Positions 42,156 to 53,510 of a DNA stretch of 64,000 nt are shown here, piece after piece. The DNA comes from Alphaproteobacteria bacterium. GTDB taxonomy: Bacteria; Pseudomonadota; Alphaproteobacteria; SHVV01. The position numbers were made by a program, and so were the translations under genes. The notes below the pieces were generated by a model that was not told where the DNA came from, made no database searches, and saw only the letters and a program-made list of their open reading frames with translations. Position 1 is the stretch's first letter, and each line of letters opens with the position of its first letter. The stretch is taken from contig OZ253470.1 in assembly GCA_965261735.1 (NCBI GenBank), positions 4,224,001-4,288,000 of the forward strand, read 5' to 3'.

Positions 42156-42557
42156 ATGACCGACGAGAAACGCGGCCTCGGTTCGCTCCTGCGGCGCTTT
42201 ACCGAGCCGCGCGGCGCCGGCCACGTCATGATCGAGGCAAAGGATCTCGAACAACGTGTGAGTCAGCGCGAGGACATCCTCATCATCGACGTGCGCGAAG
42301 CCGACGAGTTCGTCGGTCCATTCGGCCACATTCCGGGAGCCCGCCACATCGCGCTCGGGGACATACAGGGTCGGATCGAGCAGCTCAGCGGCGAAAAGGA
42401 GCGGCCGATTGCGCTGGTATGCCGGACCGACAAGCGCTCGGCATCGGCTGCCGCGCTCCTTGGGGCCGCGGGCTTCAAGCACGTCATGGTACTGCGCAAC
42501 GGCATGGAGCAATGGAACAGAGAGCGCTTTGAGGTCGACAACAGCGCCCCCGGGTGA
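42156..42557 (+). CDS. Rhodanese-like sulfurtransferase
   Basis: IDVREADEF, GHIPGA, CRTDKRS active-site loop. Confidence 0.9.
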   Translation: MTDEKRGLGSLLRRFTEPRGAGHVMIEAKDLEQRVSQREDILIIDVREADEFVGPFGHIPGARHIALGDIQGRIEQLSGEKERPIALVCRTDKRSASAAALLGAAGFKHVMVLRNGMEQWNRERFEVDNSAPG

Positions 42558-42604
42558 CATGGGCAGCGGCGTTTCGCGGGCCATCACCAGCGAGGAGGAA
42601 GGTC

Positions 42605-42893
42605 CTTGCCTATCCGGTTTACACCCACACCCACTAGGGCTAGAATGGGCGCAACCCGGATATAGGGGAGCGCGCCATGGATGTTCTCGACCGCGCCGAT
42701 CTCCCATTCCCGCATTCGCTACCCGAGTTCCAGCGACTTTTCCCCGATGATGCGGCCTGCGCCGCCTACCTGGAGAAAGCCCGCTGGGGAGACGGCTTTG
42801 CCTGCCCGCACTACGGCACGGCGGGAGAGCCGTTCCACTTTGAAAACCGCCCTGGCGTCCTGCGCTGCCGCAAGTGCCGCCAGAACACCGGGC
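42605..42893 (+). mobile_element. IS1595-A 5' fragment, cut by an IS3
   Basis: Left IR CTTGCCTATCCGG and the first ~72 transposase codons. Confidence 0.93.
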
Positions 42894-43217
42894 TGTCTGA
42901 CGTCAGCGCCTTTGGGACAAATTGAGGTAATTGCATAACGGAGGATTTCTGGCTCATCGTAGTGACCGAAGGGAACGAAGATGAGACAGAAATCAATGAG
43001 CAAGAACGACCCGGCGGAGAGAGCTGTTCGGGATATTCGCCGCAAGACACGCAAGCAGTATTCGGCTGAGGAGAAGATCCGGATTGTGGTGTCGGGCCTG
43101 CGCGGCGAGGAGAGCATCGCCGCCTTGTGCCGCCGCGAGGGCATCGCCGAGGGTCTGTATTACAGCTGGTCGAAAGAGTTTTTGGAAGCGGGCAAGAAGC
43201 GGCTCGCCGGCGACACC
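42894..43217 (+). mobile_element. IS3-family left end with truncated orfA
   Basis: Begins TG; MRQKS...YSAEEKIRIV...ALCRREGI...WSKEFLEAGKKRLAGDT, then an abrupt junction. Confidence 0.85.
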
Positions 43218-43367
43218 GGCCGAAATGTCCCGCACCAGACACTCAACCGTCTTGTCGGGGAGCACGAGGGCAGCCGGAGCGCCAATGTTCCAGCGCATGT
43301 AGACGCGCCGTTCGGCGGTGTGCCGCATCACGGTCGTGCGGCTGGTTATTTCATTCGGCATGGCCAT
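43215..43367 (-). pseudogene. PilZ-domain protein N-terminal remnant
   Basis: ERRVYMR (RxxxR) and RDISAG motifs, cut at the IS3 junction. Confidence 0.6.
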
Positions 43368-43574
43368 GGACCATGGGCCCAACGAGGGTCATTCGCGGCG
43401 CCTACCCTACGGCCCTTGTCTTAAGCTATTCCCAACGCCTCGAGCGGCCGACTAGAAGCCAAATCCCGGAGAGAGTGGCGCCGGGCGGGTAGGGCACAAA
43501 TTTGTGGCGCCCACTACCTTCGGACGGCGTTAGACTCCAACACTGCCCACCACATGAAAGCGCGGGAGGAGAAC

Positions 43575-44234
43575 ATGGCACTGCGAATCAATGACGAAGC
43601 GCCGGACTTCGTGGCCGAGACGACGGAAGGCACGATCAAGTTCCACGAGTGGATCGGCGATGGATGGGCGATCCTGTTTTCGCATCCGAAGGATTTCACG
43701 CCCGTGTGCACGACGGAGCTCGGCTACATGGCCGGCCTGAAGCCCGAGTTCGAGAAACGCAACTGCAAGATCCTCGGCCTCAGCGTCGATCCGGTGACCA
43801 ACCACGCCGAGTGGTCGAAGGACATCGAGGAAACGCAAGGCCACGCCGTCAACTATCCGCTGATCGGCGATCCCGAGCTCAAGACCGCGAAGCTCTTCGA
43901 CATGCTTCCGGCGGGCGCGGGGGACACGTCCGAGGGCAGGACGCCGGCCCATAACGCGACCGTGCGCTCGGTGTTCCTCATCGGGCCCGACAAGAAGATC
44001 AAGGCCATGCTGACCTACCCGATGAGCACCGGCCGAAATTTCGACGAGGTCCTTCGGCTGCTCGATTCCTGCCAGCTGACCGCCAAACACCAGGTCGCGA
44101 CACCGGTCAACTGGAAGCAGGGCGACGACGTCATCATCGTGCCCACGGTATCGGACGAGCAGGCCAAGGAAAAATACCCGGGCGGCTGGAAGGCCCCGAA
44201 ACCGTACCTGCGTATCGTGCCACAACCTAAGTAG
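43575..44234 (+). CDS. 1-Cys peroxiredoxin (Prx6)
   Basis: FSHPKDFTPVCTTELG, YPMSTGRNFDE, ATPVNW. Confidence 0.95.
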   Translation: MALRINDEAPDFVAETTEGTIKFHEWIGDGWAILFSHPKDFTPVCTTELGYMAGLKPEFEKRNCKILGLSVDPVTNHAEWSKDIEETQGHAVNYPLIGDPELKTAKLFDMLPAGAGDTSEGRTPAHNATVRSVFLIGPDKKIKAMLTYPMSTGRNFDEVLRLLDSCQLTAKHQVATPVNWKQGDDVIIVPTVSDEQAKEKYPGGWKAPKPYLRIVPQPK

Positions 44235-44262
44235 GGGCCGCGGCTTGCGGGGCAGGCCGCGC

Positions 44263-44284
44263 GGGCGGGTTTTCGAACCCGCCC
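44263..44284. terminator. Hairpin between convergent prx and DUF1761 genes
   Basis: Perfect 9-bp stem GGGCGGGTT-TTCG-AACCCGCCC; no strong U tract. Confidence 0.5.
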
Positions 44285-44293
44285 CAGCCGTTG

Positions 44294-44728
44294 TTAGGCG
44301 CCCGGTGCGGCGCCCCAAGGCCACCAGCCGATGATGGCGCCCTTGACGACGAAGCTGATCAGGGTGTGCCCCGCAACGATCACGTGGCTCGCCACGCTGC
44401 GCAATTCGAAGAGCAGCGTCAGGCTGACGGCCGGGGCGGCGAAACCGATCCACACCAAAAGCCCGACCAGGGCGCCGCCGCCCAGTGTTCCGGCATCGGC
44501 CCAACCGATCGTCGCCGCCAACAGGACGGCCATGAGGAGCTGGAAGATCGCCGCCAGGACGTACAGCACCGGCTGGTTGGCGGCGCGAACTTCCTCCTCG
44601 GTCTTGCCGGCGGCTTTCATCCAGGCGTTGCCGACGACACCCGGCATGAAGTACACGGCACCGATCACCATCCCGACGACGGTGGCGACGACGACAGCGA
44701 CGTAGTTGACGTCCCATTCGAGCGACAC
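44294..44728 (-). CDS. DUF1761 membrane protein
   Basis: NYVAVVVAT...GAVYF...GNAWM, four TM helices. Confidence 0.8.
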   Translation of the reverse strand: MSLEWDVNYVAVVVATVVGMVIGAVYFMPGVVGNAWMKAAGKTEEEVRAANQPVLYVLAAIFQLLMAVLLAATIGWADAGTLGGGALVGLLVWIGFAAPAVSLTLLFELRSVASHVIVAGHTLISFVVKGAIIGWWPWGAAPGA

Positions 44729-45267
44729 GGCAGCCCCCCCCTTAGGCTAGCGACACGTGCATTCGGGGCCGGATTGTGCGCGGGAGTGCGCTGAGACTCA
44801 AGCAGTTAGGCGCTTTAGGCGTTTTCCGTCGCGCGCGCCTCGAATCCCGTCAGCTCGCAATAGTAGCGCCAGAATCCGCGCACCGGCACTTCGGTCAGGA
44901 TCGTGTCCTGGTCCTCGATCGGCCCGGTGGCGCCCACCTCGACAACCGAGTACGCGTGGCTGCCGGCATGGGCCCTGCGCTGTGCGAGGACGCCGGCCTC
45001 GCCGTCCTCCAGCGACACGAGGCACGCAGAGGTCCGACGAATTGGACCTGGCGCATCCGCGCCGCCCGAGGCGGCCGCTCGACTGGGTTTTGCTTGATAA
45101 TGAGTAGCGTTAACACGACATGACGAGTGGCGTTGACAGGACGCCCGGTCGCCGACATCCTGCGGCCGCCCGCAAGTCGCCGCCGACTTGCGGTCAGGAG
45201 CCGAACTTCGCGCGGTGTGGCTGTGCTTAAGGAATTCAACCGCCGCCATTCGGCACAAGGAGTGTGA

Positions 45268-46123
45268 ATGAGGAGAGGATCGCGCGCTGTTTGTCGGATT
45301 GACGGCGCTGGCGCTCATGGCGGGTGCGGCGCCTGCTGCGGTCGAGGAGCCCCCGGCCCAGGACTGTGACTGGCTCGCAGCCGCGCCGAGCGACGGTTTC
45401 GGCCGCGGGGTCCCGTTCAGCGAACTCGACGGCGATCGCGCCGTTGCTGCGTGCCGGACGGCGGTGAGGGAGCACCCCGACTCGCTGCGCCTCAAGGCCC
45501 ATTTGGGGCGCGCGCTCATCAAGGTCAGCGAGTTCGACGAGGCCCGCACCGTCCTCACCAAGGCGGCGCGCGATGGGCAACCAGGCGCGCAGGCCACCTT
45601 GGGCGCCATCTACTACTTTGCGATCGGAGTGGAGCGCGATTACGGGCGCGCACTCGACTGGTTCGAGAAGGCGGCCAAACAGGGCAACGCGGTGGCCGAG
45701 ACCAATCTTGGCGTCATGCATACCTTCGGCCCCGGTGTCCGATCGAACCCAGACCGCGCCGTCAGGTGGTTCACGAGCGCCGCCGAGAAGGGCCACCCCG
45801 ATGCCCAGGCCAACCTTGGCAACATGTACGAGAAAGGCGAGGGGCTCGGCCGCGACTACGAGGAGGCCGCGCGCTGATACAGCGCCTCGGCGCGGCAAGG
45901 CAATGCCAAGGGTCAAGTGAACCTCGCCCGTATGTACGAAGCCGGGACCGGCCTCGCGATCGACGAGGGCCGGGCGCTGTTCTGGTACGCGCTGGCGACG
46001 GAGTGGGGCGCGGGCGCGGTGCGCAATCTCGCGAGCGAAAGCGTCGACCGCCTAAAACGGTCGCTCGACGAAGACGAAGTGACGCGGATCTACGCGGAGG
46101 TCGCGGCCTGGAAGCCCGAGTAA
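45268..46123 (+). pseudogene. Sel1-repeat exported protein with a premature stop
   Basis: Sel1 repeats (AQATLGAIY, AQANLGNMYEKGEG); TGA at 45875-45877 where Trp is expected (EAAR*YSASA); probable 5' frameshift too. Confidence 0.8.
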
Positions 46124-46184
46124 CCTCCATCATTCGGAGCCACACCCGGGTGCCCGGTAATACGCGTCGCCGCGGCGCGAGCCC

Positions 46185-46757
46185 TCATCTTTGTCGGATG
46201 GCTTTGATCCGAGCATCGAGGACGGCGGCCGCCGCTTCCCGTCCCGTGTCGCGCAGCAGGGCCGCGTAGCCGGACAGGACGGTGGCGAGGCGCAGGTCGC
46301 GCTGGGCCGTCGTCTTTCCCAATATCGTGAGGGCGCGAATGTAGAGCATCTCGGCCTCGACGTGGCGGTCGCTGGCGCTGAGGAGATTCGCTATGTTGTT
46401 GAGGGTCGTAGCCACTCTCGGGTGGTTGTGCCCAAGCGTTCTTTCCTTGATGGTCAGTGCGCGCCTGTAGAGCTTTTCGGCCCGCGCGGGCTGGCCCAGC
46501 GCGTCACGAACGCGCGCCACGCTGTCGAGCACGGTGGCCGTGTTGGGATGCTCGGGGCCGAACTCGCGCTCGCTCAGCCGCAATGTGTATTCGGCGGCCG
46601 GCAGCCCGTTCCGGTAGTCGCGCTTGGCGTAGAGCGCCTCGGCCTGCGCATAGGCGGCCCTAAGCTGCGGCGATTGCGCTGGACTCGCGCCGGACCACAG
46701 AAGCACGCACGCCCACACTACCAGCCATCGGGTGTGTGTCGCACAGTTCCCAGCCAT
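46185..46757 (-). CDS. TPR-repeat (kinesin-light-chain-like) exported protein
   Basis: FGPEHPNTATVL, LGHNHPRVATTLNNIA repeats after a signal peptide. Confidence 0.8.
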   Translation of the reverse strand: MAGNCATHTRWLVVWACVLLWSGASPAQSPQLRAAYAQAEALYAKRDYRNGLPAAEYTLRLSEREFGPEHPNTATVLDSVARVRDALGQPARAEKLYRRALTIKERTLGHNHPRVATTLNNIANLLSASDRHVEAEMLYIRALTILGKTTAQRDLRLATVLSGYAALLRDTGREAAAAVLDARIKAIRQR

Positions 46758-46832
46758 CGCCCGAGCCGTGACCTCGGTAGCACCTAAATCGATTGCTCTG
46801 CCACGACACCTGCAGCCTAGCACAAAATACAA

Positions 46833-47859
46833 CCTGCTTATCCGTGACACTCCGCCTGTGGGGATGTATGTTCTCAATATGTTCTGTATGAGGGGGGTCA
46901 CGGTTATGGGGTTCAAGGTTGCATCGCGCGTGCGTGGTCTGAACGACGAGGCGTTTCGGGAGGCCTTCGGCACCAAGGAGCAGTGCCGCGCGGCGCTGGT
47001 CCGGCTGCGCTGGCCGGGCGGCTTCGTCTGCCCCTGCTGCGGCCATCGGGAGCATTGCGTGTTGGCGGGTCGGGGTCTCTATCAATGCAACCGGTGCAAG
47101 AAGCAGACATCGCCCACGGCGGGCACGATCTTCCACGCGACCAAGCTGCCGCTGACAGTCTGGTTTGCCGCCATCCACCTGATCGTGACGGCGAAGAACG
47201 GCATCTCGTCGGTGGAACTCGGCCGCCGTCTCGGGGTCAAGCAGCCGACGGCCTGGGCCGTGAAGCACAAGATCATGGCGGTGATGGCGCGGCGCGAGGG
47301 GGAGACGGCGCTTACGGGGCGGGTCGAGATGGACGACGCCTATCTCGGCGGGGTGCGCTCCGGCGGCAAGCGGGGCCGCGGCGTGGCGGGCAAAACGCCC
47401 TTCGTGGCGGCGGTCTCGACCAGTCCCGAGGGGCGCCCGCGCAAGCTGAAGCTGGCGCCGGTCAAGGGCTTCCGCAAGCGCGAGATCGCGCGCGGCGCCA
47501 AGCACTGGCTGGCCCCCGGCGCGGCGGTTGTGACGGACCGCCTGGGCTGCTGGAGCGCACTCGAAGAAGCCGCCTGCAGCCACCAGGCGATCCGCACCGG
47601 GTCGGGCCGCCAGGCGGCCCGCATGGCATCGTTCAAATGGGTGAACACGACGCTCGGCAACATCAAAAGCGCGATCACCGGGACTTATCGCAAGCTCGGC
47701 CCCGACCATGCCGGACGCTATCTCGCCAGCTTCGCCTGGCGCTACAACCGGCGCTATCAACTCCAGACAATGATCCCGCGTTTCGTCCATAGCGCCGCAC
47801 GAAACCAGCCCATGCCCTATCGCCTCCTCATCGCCGGATGACTTTCAGGGATAAGCAGG
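46833..47859 (+). mobile_element. IS1595-family element B, intact; transposase ~46906-47841
   Basis: IRs CCTGCTTATCC/GGATAAGCAGG, 8-bp TSD AAATACAA; CPCCG/CNRC, EMDDAY, VVTD, FAWRYNRR. Confidence 0.96.
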
Positions 47860-48229
47860 AAATACAATGCACATCATTCGCAGGACCTGCGTGAGGCCCG
47901 TGTCGGGGAAAATTCAATGGCTTGTCAGGATTAACTCACCTACGCGGTAGGAGCGCGAACCATGCCTTGCCCGACGAACGCCTCACATCGCCACTACGAA
48001 AGCATTGCCCGTGAACGCCGCGACGATACATATGACCACGCCGCCCGTTTCCCGAACCTCGCCAGCTTTCGAGCGGCTCTGGTTGGCCAAATCACGGCCG
48101 GACTACCGGCGAAAATCATAGCGCGCGCACTTCGACGCCCGCGCGGCCTCACCCTCGCCCGGTCCCGGCCTCGCCTGCTTGACACGGCGCCGCGTAAGGG
48201 CCGACATTAAGATAAAGCGCTAAACCTCA

Positions 48230-49258
48230 ATGCACACGGAGGTGGAGACGATGGCAGTTCAAACCCAGGAAGCGCTGGCGGTTCGCTTCTCTCCACGGCG
48301 GCTCGGCCATACCAACCTGTTCGTCGGCGAACTCGCTCGCGCGATGGACTTCTACAGCAGGGTCGCCGGCTTCCAGGAGGTGTTCCGCATTCCCCACAAC
48401 AACGCGGGCTTCGTCTCCAACGGCAACACCCATCACGATCTCGGCCTGGTGACCTCGTCCGATCGACCGCGGCTCGGCACCGACTGTAAGCCGCTGCCCT
48501 CGCACGGGCGTTCGATGCAACCCGGGCTCAATCACCTCGGCTGGGAGCTCGAGAACGAGAAGCAGCTGGTCGAAGCCTACCGCCGTGCGCAGGCCCTCGG
48601 CTACCCGCTGCACCGGCTCATCGACCATCAGCTGTCGCACAGCATTTACCTGTTCGATCCGGACGGCCACCAGCACGAGATGTACGCCGACATCATCCAG
48701 GACTGGCGCTCGTTCTTCGATAGCCAGGACAGCCGGCCAGTCACCGGCAGCTGGGACCCCGAGGCCGCCGAGCCCCTCACTGAGCCCCGCTATACGGCAA
48801 ACGCACCGCTGCGCAGGGTGGACGATGCGCTCGTGCATTCGCTCCGCATCACGCATGTCGTGTTCATGACCCGCGACCACGAGGGCATGGTGGACTTCTT
48901 CACCGACGTTGCCGGCCTCGAACCGGTGTTCGAGGCCCCCGACGACGGGTTCGCCTGCTTCGCCGGCAGCGGCGCCGGCTACGCCTGCGACGTGGCGCTG
49001 TTTCGCCAGCCGCCCGGTACGGGGCCTGCGATCCACCATCATAGCTACCAGGTCGACGGCGAGGCCGAGCTAGGACGGGCGGAGGCCGCGCTGATCGAAG
49101 CGGGTATCGCGATCGAGAGGAAGGTCGACAACGCGGGCAAGCTTAGCCTGTTCGTCATGGACCCCGACGAGTTGCGCTGCGAGTTCTACGTCGCGCGGAA
49201 GCCCGACTTCGGCGCGGCCGCGGCCGCGCCGGCCGAGGAGCAGCCGTTCCTCGTTTAG
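48230..49258 (+). CDS. Two-domain VOC-family protein (extradiol dioxygenase-like), copy 1
   Basis: RRLGHTNLFV, NTHHDLG, GLNHLGWE, DPDGHQHE; second domain THVVF/HHHSY/DPDELRCE. Confidence 0.82.
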   Translation: MHTEVETMAVQTQEALAVRFSPRRLGHTNLFVGELARAMDFYSRVAGFQEVFRIPHNNAGFVSNGNTHHDLGLVTSSDRPRLGTDCKPLPSHGRSMQPGLNHLGWELENEKQLVEAYRRAQALGYPLHRLIDHQLSHSIYLFDPDGHQHEMYADIIQDWRSFFDSQDSRPVTGSWDPEAAEPLTEPRYTANAPLRRVDDALVHSLRITHVVFMTRDHEGMVDFFTDVAGLEPVFEAPDDGFACFAGSGAGYACDVALFRQPPGTGPAIHHHSYQVDGEAELGRAEAALIEAGIAIERKVDNAGKLSLFVMDPDELRCEFYVARKPDFGAAAAAPAEEQPFLV

Positions 49259-49306
49259 GGCAAGATCAGCAGGCTCGCGTCGGCACCTATTGGAGGGGCT
49301 TTGAAA

Positions 49307-50320
49307 ATGGCGGTTGACGTAGATCTAGGCACGGATGCGGCGGTTAAATTTGCCACCCGCCGGGTTGGACACACGAACCTGTTCGTCGCCGAGCTCGCCC
49401 GCTCGATGCAGTTCTATGGCGGCGTCGCGGGTTTCGAGGAGGTGTTCACGGAGCCCGCGATCATCGCCGGCTTCCTGTCGAATGGTAATACCCACCACGA
49501 CCTCGGCCTGATCCAGTGCCGGGAGGGTGACATCATCGGCAAGGGCGGCCGTCGGCACACCTCGAGCGGCCGCGCGATGCAACCGGGGCTCAACCATCTA
49601 GGCTGGGAGACCGAGAACGAGAAGCTGCTGGTCGAGGCGTACGATCGGGCGGTCGCCGCCGGCGTCAACATCCGCGGCTGCACCGATCACCAATCCTCGC
49701 ACAGCATCTATACGTTCGACCCCGATGGATTCGTGCACGAGTACTACGCCGACATGCTCCCCGACTGGCGCTCTTTCTTCAACAACAGCGCCGGCAGCCT
49801 GATCTCGGGAACCTGGGACCCGCACGCCGGAACGCCCACGACAAAGACGGCGTACCCCGTCGATCCCGAGATCCGCCCGGCGCAGGGCGCCCTCATTCCC
49901 TCGCAGCGCTTCACGCACGCGGTCTTTGTCACGCGCCAGCACGAAGCGATGGTGGCCTTCCACCGGGACGTTGCCGGCCTCCGCGTGGTCCACGAATCCA
50001 AGGCGGGCGACTTCATCTGCCTCGCCGGCTCGCACACCAACTTCGCCTGCGATCTCGTCCTGTTCAAGGGCGAGCCCGACCGCGCGGCGTCGGTGCACCA
50101 CTACAGCTATCAGTTGGCCAGTGAGCCCGAGCTCGATGCGGCTGAGCGCGCGATCGAGAAGGCCCGCATCGTGATCGAGAAGCGAATCGACTGCGCGCTC
50201 AAGCGCAGCTTCTTCATCCCCGATCCGGACGGCATCCGGTGCGAGTTCTACGTGGCTCGCGCGCCTGAGTTCGACTTCGTCGAGGAGGCCGAGCCGGCGT
50301 TGCGCCCCTACCTCGTGTAA
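49307..50320 (+). CDS. Two-domain VOC-family protein, copy 2 (paralogue)
   Basis: Same motif set, colinear with copy 1; SD GGAGG upstream. Confidence 0.82.
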   Translation: MAVDVDLGTDAAVKFATRRVGHTNLFVAELARSMQFYGGVAGFEEVFTEPAIIAGFLSNGNTHHDLGLIQCREGDIIGKGGRRHTSSGRAMQPGLNHLGWETENEKLLVEAYDRAVAAGVNIRGCTDHQSSHSIYTFDPDGFVHEYYADMLPDWRSFFNNSAGSLISGTWDPHAGTPTTKTAYPVDPEIRPAQGALIPSQRFTHAVFVTRQHEAMVAFHRDVAGLRVVHESKAGDFICLAGSHTNFACDLVLFKGEPDRAASVHHYSYQLASEPELDAAERAIEKARIVIEKRIDCALKRSFFIPDPDGIRCEFYVARAPEFDFVEEAEPALRPYLV

Positions 50321-50332
50321 GGCCGAACGAAC

Positions 50333-51438
50333 CTTGCCTATCCGGTTTACACCCACACCCACTAGGGCTAGAATGGGCGCAACCCGGATATAGGGGAGCG
50401 CGCCATGGATGTTCTCGACCGCGCCGATCTCCCATTCCCGCATTCGCTACCCGAGTTCCAGCGACTTTTCCCCGATGATGCGGCCTGCGCCGCCTACCTG
50501 GAGAAAGCCCGCTGGGGAGACGGCTTTGCCTGCCCGCACTGCGGCACGGCGGGAGAGCCGTTCCACTTTGAAAACCGCCCTGGCGTCCTGCGCTGCCGCA
50601 AGTGCCGCCAGAACACCGGGCTGACGGTGGGAACAGTGATGGAGCGTAGCCACACTCCGCTGAACGTCTGGTTCTGGGCCGCTTATCTGGTCGCCAGTCA
50701 GACGCCCGGCATGTCCGCCGTGCAGTTTCAGCGGCAACTTGGTCTTTCGCGCTACGAGACGGCCTTTCAAATTCTCCACAAGCTCCGCTCGGGCATGGTG
50801 CGGCCCAACCAAGACAGGATCGGTGGACAGCCCAAGAACCATGTTGAGGTGGACGAAACCTGGGTTGGCGGGCGAACGCGTGGGGAAGGCCGTGGTGTTC
50901 ACCACAAGGTTCCCGTCTCCTGTGCCATCGAGGTGCGTCATCGAAAGCCGGGCACCAAGCTCGACAACCGGAAAGACGGACGCTATGCCGGACGCGTTCG
51001 GCTCGCCGTCGTGCTCGACCGTAGCGCCGAGTCGCTCTGTGGGTTCGTCGAGAGCACCGTCGCGCCGCGATCGCTGATCGTTACTGACGATTGGAGCGGC
51101 TATGCTGGCCTCGGTAAGCGCGGCTATGAGCACTTCGCTGTTGCCGAGTGTGGTGATCCAGAGGTTGCCGAGCAATACCTGCCGATCATCCATCTGGTTT
51201 TCGCCAACCTGAAGACGTGGCTGATCGGTATCTCACCACGGCGTTAGCCACCAGCACCTACAAGCCTACCTCAACGAGTTCACCTTCCGCTTCAACAGGC
51301 GGTTCTACCCGTTCAACGCCTTCCGCTCATTGCTCGGCATCGCGGGCGACACCTCTGCTCCAACCTATGCCGAGCTTTACTCGGGAGAGTGGCGGCACCC
51401 TACATGTAGCGGTCATGGGCGTTAACCGGATAGGCAAG
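50333..51438 (+). mobile_element. IS1595-A full-length copy with a +1 frameshift (~51232) and non-matching flanks
   Basis: Both IRs present; GGTATCTCACC vs GGTATCCACC; flanks GAACGAAC and AAACTCCC do not form a TSD. Confidence 0.94.
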
Positions 51439-51486
51439 AAACTCCCTTCCAGCGGACACAAACATAGGAAGGGTGATTACGATGGA

Positions 51487-52880
51487 GGTTGTGTCTCGAA
51501 AGTGGTGGAAATTGGTTTTGGCGCCTCTCCGAGCGGGTTGAGTTTTGCGGCGGTCAGGCTGCGCGGTCAAGGGTTTCGTCGGCGATTAGCTGATCGAGGG
51601 TTTCCCATCCATCGACTTTGCGCATCTGGATTTGGCCGGAAGCGAGGAGTGCCCAGAGGAGCATCGGCACTGTTTCGGGACACGGCAGCACGGTCTGTGT
51701 TTTGATCCGGCGCTTGAACTCCTCGTTGAGACGCTCAATGGCGTTGGTCGTTCGGGCTGATTTCCATTGGCTCTTGGACAGGCGCGTGAAGGTAAAGAGC
51801 TTGTCGCCCGCTTCTGCGAGGCTGTCCGCGACGGCCCTGCATTTCAGCCGCCACTTGCGGACAAACGCCTTGCGGCGGGTTTCCACCTCGGAGGCAGTGT
51901 CGGCATAGATCATATCGCGGTAATCTTCGCTCAGCTCGTCATGCATGTGTTTGGGAGCATGACCCAGAAGGTTGCGGTGCTTGTGCACGGTGCAGCGTTG
52001 AACGGGAAGGTCATCGCCCCAAAGCGCCGACAGAGCCGCCTCCAGTCCCGGCGCGCCATCGACGATGACAAACCCGGGCCGTTTCAGTCCACGCGCATCA
52101 AGGTCGTCGAGGAACTGGCGCCACGCCGCCTGGCTTTCTCCGCCCATATTCCCGATCGAAAGCAAGACCTTCTGGCCATCCCGGCGCACCCCTATAGCCG
52201 CGAGAACCGAGATGTTGGTGGCCTTGCGGTCCAGTCGGGTCTTGATCACAGTGCCGTCAAGGATCAGCCGAACGATATCCTCATCCGCGAGGCCACGGCT
52301 GCACCAGGCGTCCCAATCGACCTTCACCTTGCGCCACGCCCGGCTCACAACGTCCTTGCTCACAGCACCCCGGAAGAGCCCGAACAGCGCGCGTTTCACC
52401 CGCCGCGTGTTGGTTCCGGACAGATACACCGAAGCGATCAGCGCCTCGGCCTTTCTGGTCAGCCGCTGGTAGCGCGGCAGCGCCCGCGAACGCCATTCCG
52501 ACGCCCGACCGTCTTCCTCAACGATCCGCGCACGCGGCACGCTCACCCTCTCGGTCCCGAATGTCCCCGTCAGTTGCCGCTCCCGGTGCCCGTTCCGATA
52601 CCCTTGCCGAAGCGCGTCCTCTCGACCGTATCGGCAGCGCCCGAGAAACTGCGCAAGTTCCTCCTCAAAAACGGCCTCGATCGTGGATCTGATGTTCTCC
52701 CGCAGCCGGTCCTCGAGCGGATCATAGCCGGCGTCATTGGCCAGTAGCGAAAGCGCGGAAGTCTCGGTAGTGTTCTTCATGGCGTGATCTCCTTGGCGGT
52801 GCTAGCCGCCGATTGGGTGGTTGTCTTGTCACCCGGAGATTACGCCATCCTCAAATTTCCACCACTTTCGAGACACAGCC
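51487..52880 (-). mobile_element. IS256-family element (second type), intact; transposase 51554-52780
   Basis: IRs GG(T/C)TGTGTCTCGAAAGTGGTGGAAATT, 8-bp TSD ACGATGGA; LILDGT, IVDGAPGL, QRCTVH, TTNAIERL. Confidence 0.96.
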
Positions 52881-52989
52881 ACGATGGACGGCGTAGGATT
52901 CTCCCCCTCGGTGTCGAGGAAGGCCGGGCCACGGCCGACGGAGCAATTTCGATAGACACAGAGTATCGCGTCGGGTGAGGTTGGGTCAC

Positions 52990-53478
52990 ATGCTGAGAAT
53001 ATTGGTCATCCTGATCATTGGCGGTGTCATCGGCGCCGGTATCGGATTCGCCGGTGGCTTATTCGTTTATCCCTATATATTTTTAGCTGACGTCGTCGCT
53101 AACGAAACGTTGGATGCGTCCAATCGCCAGGCCGTGGCGGATGGCACTTTCATCCACGCAAATCCGTCGGATCCGGTTCATTATGGCAAAGGGCCGGTGA
53201 CCGTATTTCGCGATCTCGTGCGAATTGAAAATGGGTTCGAGGTCGGCCCTGGTCCAAAATACCACGTCTATCTGGTCAAGAAGAAGGACGTCAAGAATTC
53301 GAGCGACGTCAAGGATGCCGAATTCAAGGACCTTGGACGACTTCGCGCATTTCGCGGCAGCCAGAACTATCCGATCCCCGAGGGCGTTAATCCCCGCGAC
53401 TATGCCAGCGTCGTAATCTGGTGTGAGACGTTTGGCGTCTTGATCTCGCCCGCCAGCCTGACCTTCAAGGGAAGCTGA
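52990..53478 (+). CDS. DM13-domain protein
   Basis: N-terminal TM, HYGKG, GPGPKYHVYL, DLGRLRAFRGSQNYPIP, VVIWCETFGVLISPA. Confidence 0.88.
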   Translation: MLRILVILIIGGVIGAGIGFAGGLFVYPYIFLADVVANETLDASNRQAVADGTFIHANPSDPVHYGKGPVTVFRDLVRIENGFEVGPGPKYHVYLVKKKDVKNSSDVKDAEFKDLGRLRAFRGSQNYPIPEGVNPRDYASVVIWCETFGVLISPASLTFKGS

Positions 53479-53510
53479 TTCGGCGGTGGACTAGCTGGGA
53501 TGACGCCTGT

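Noticed and set aside
44815-45112. Small minus-strand hypothetical gene
   Set aside because: Needs a frameshift and has no recognisable motif
45875-45877. In-frame TGA as selenocysteine or Trp recoding
   Set aside because: It sits at a Sel1 Trp position, TGA is used as an ordinary stop throughout the window, and no SECIS is evident; a nonsense change is simpler
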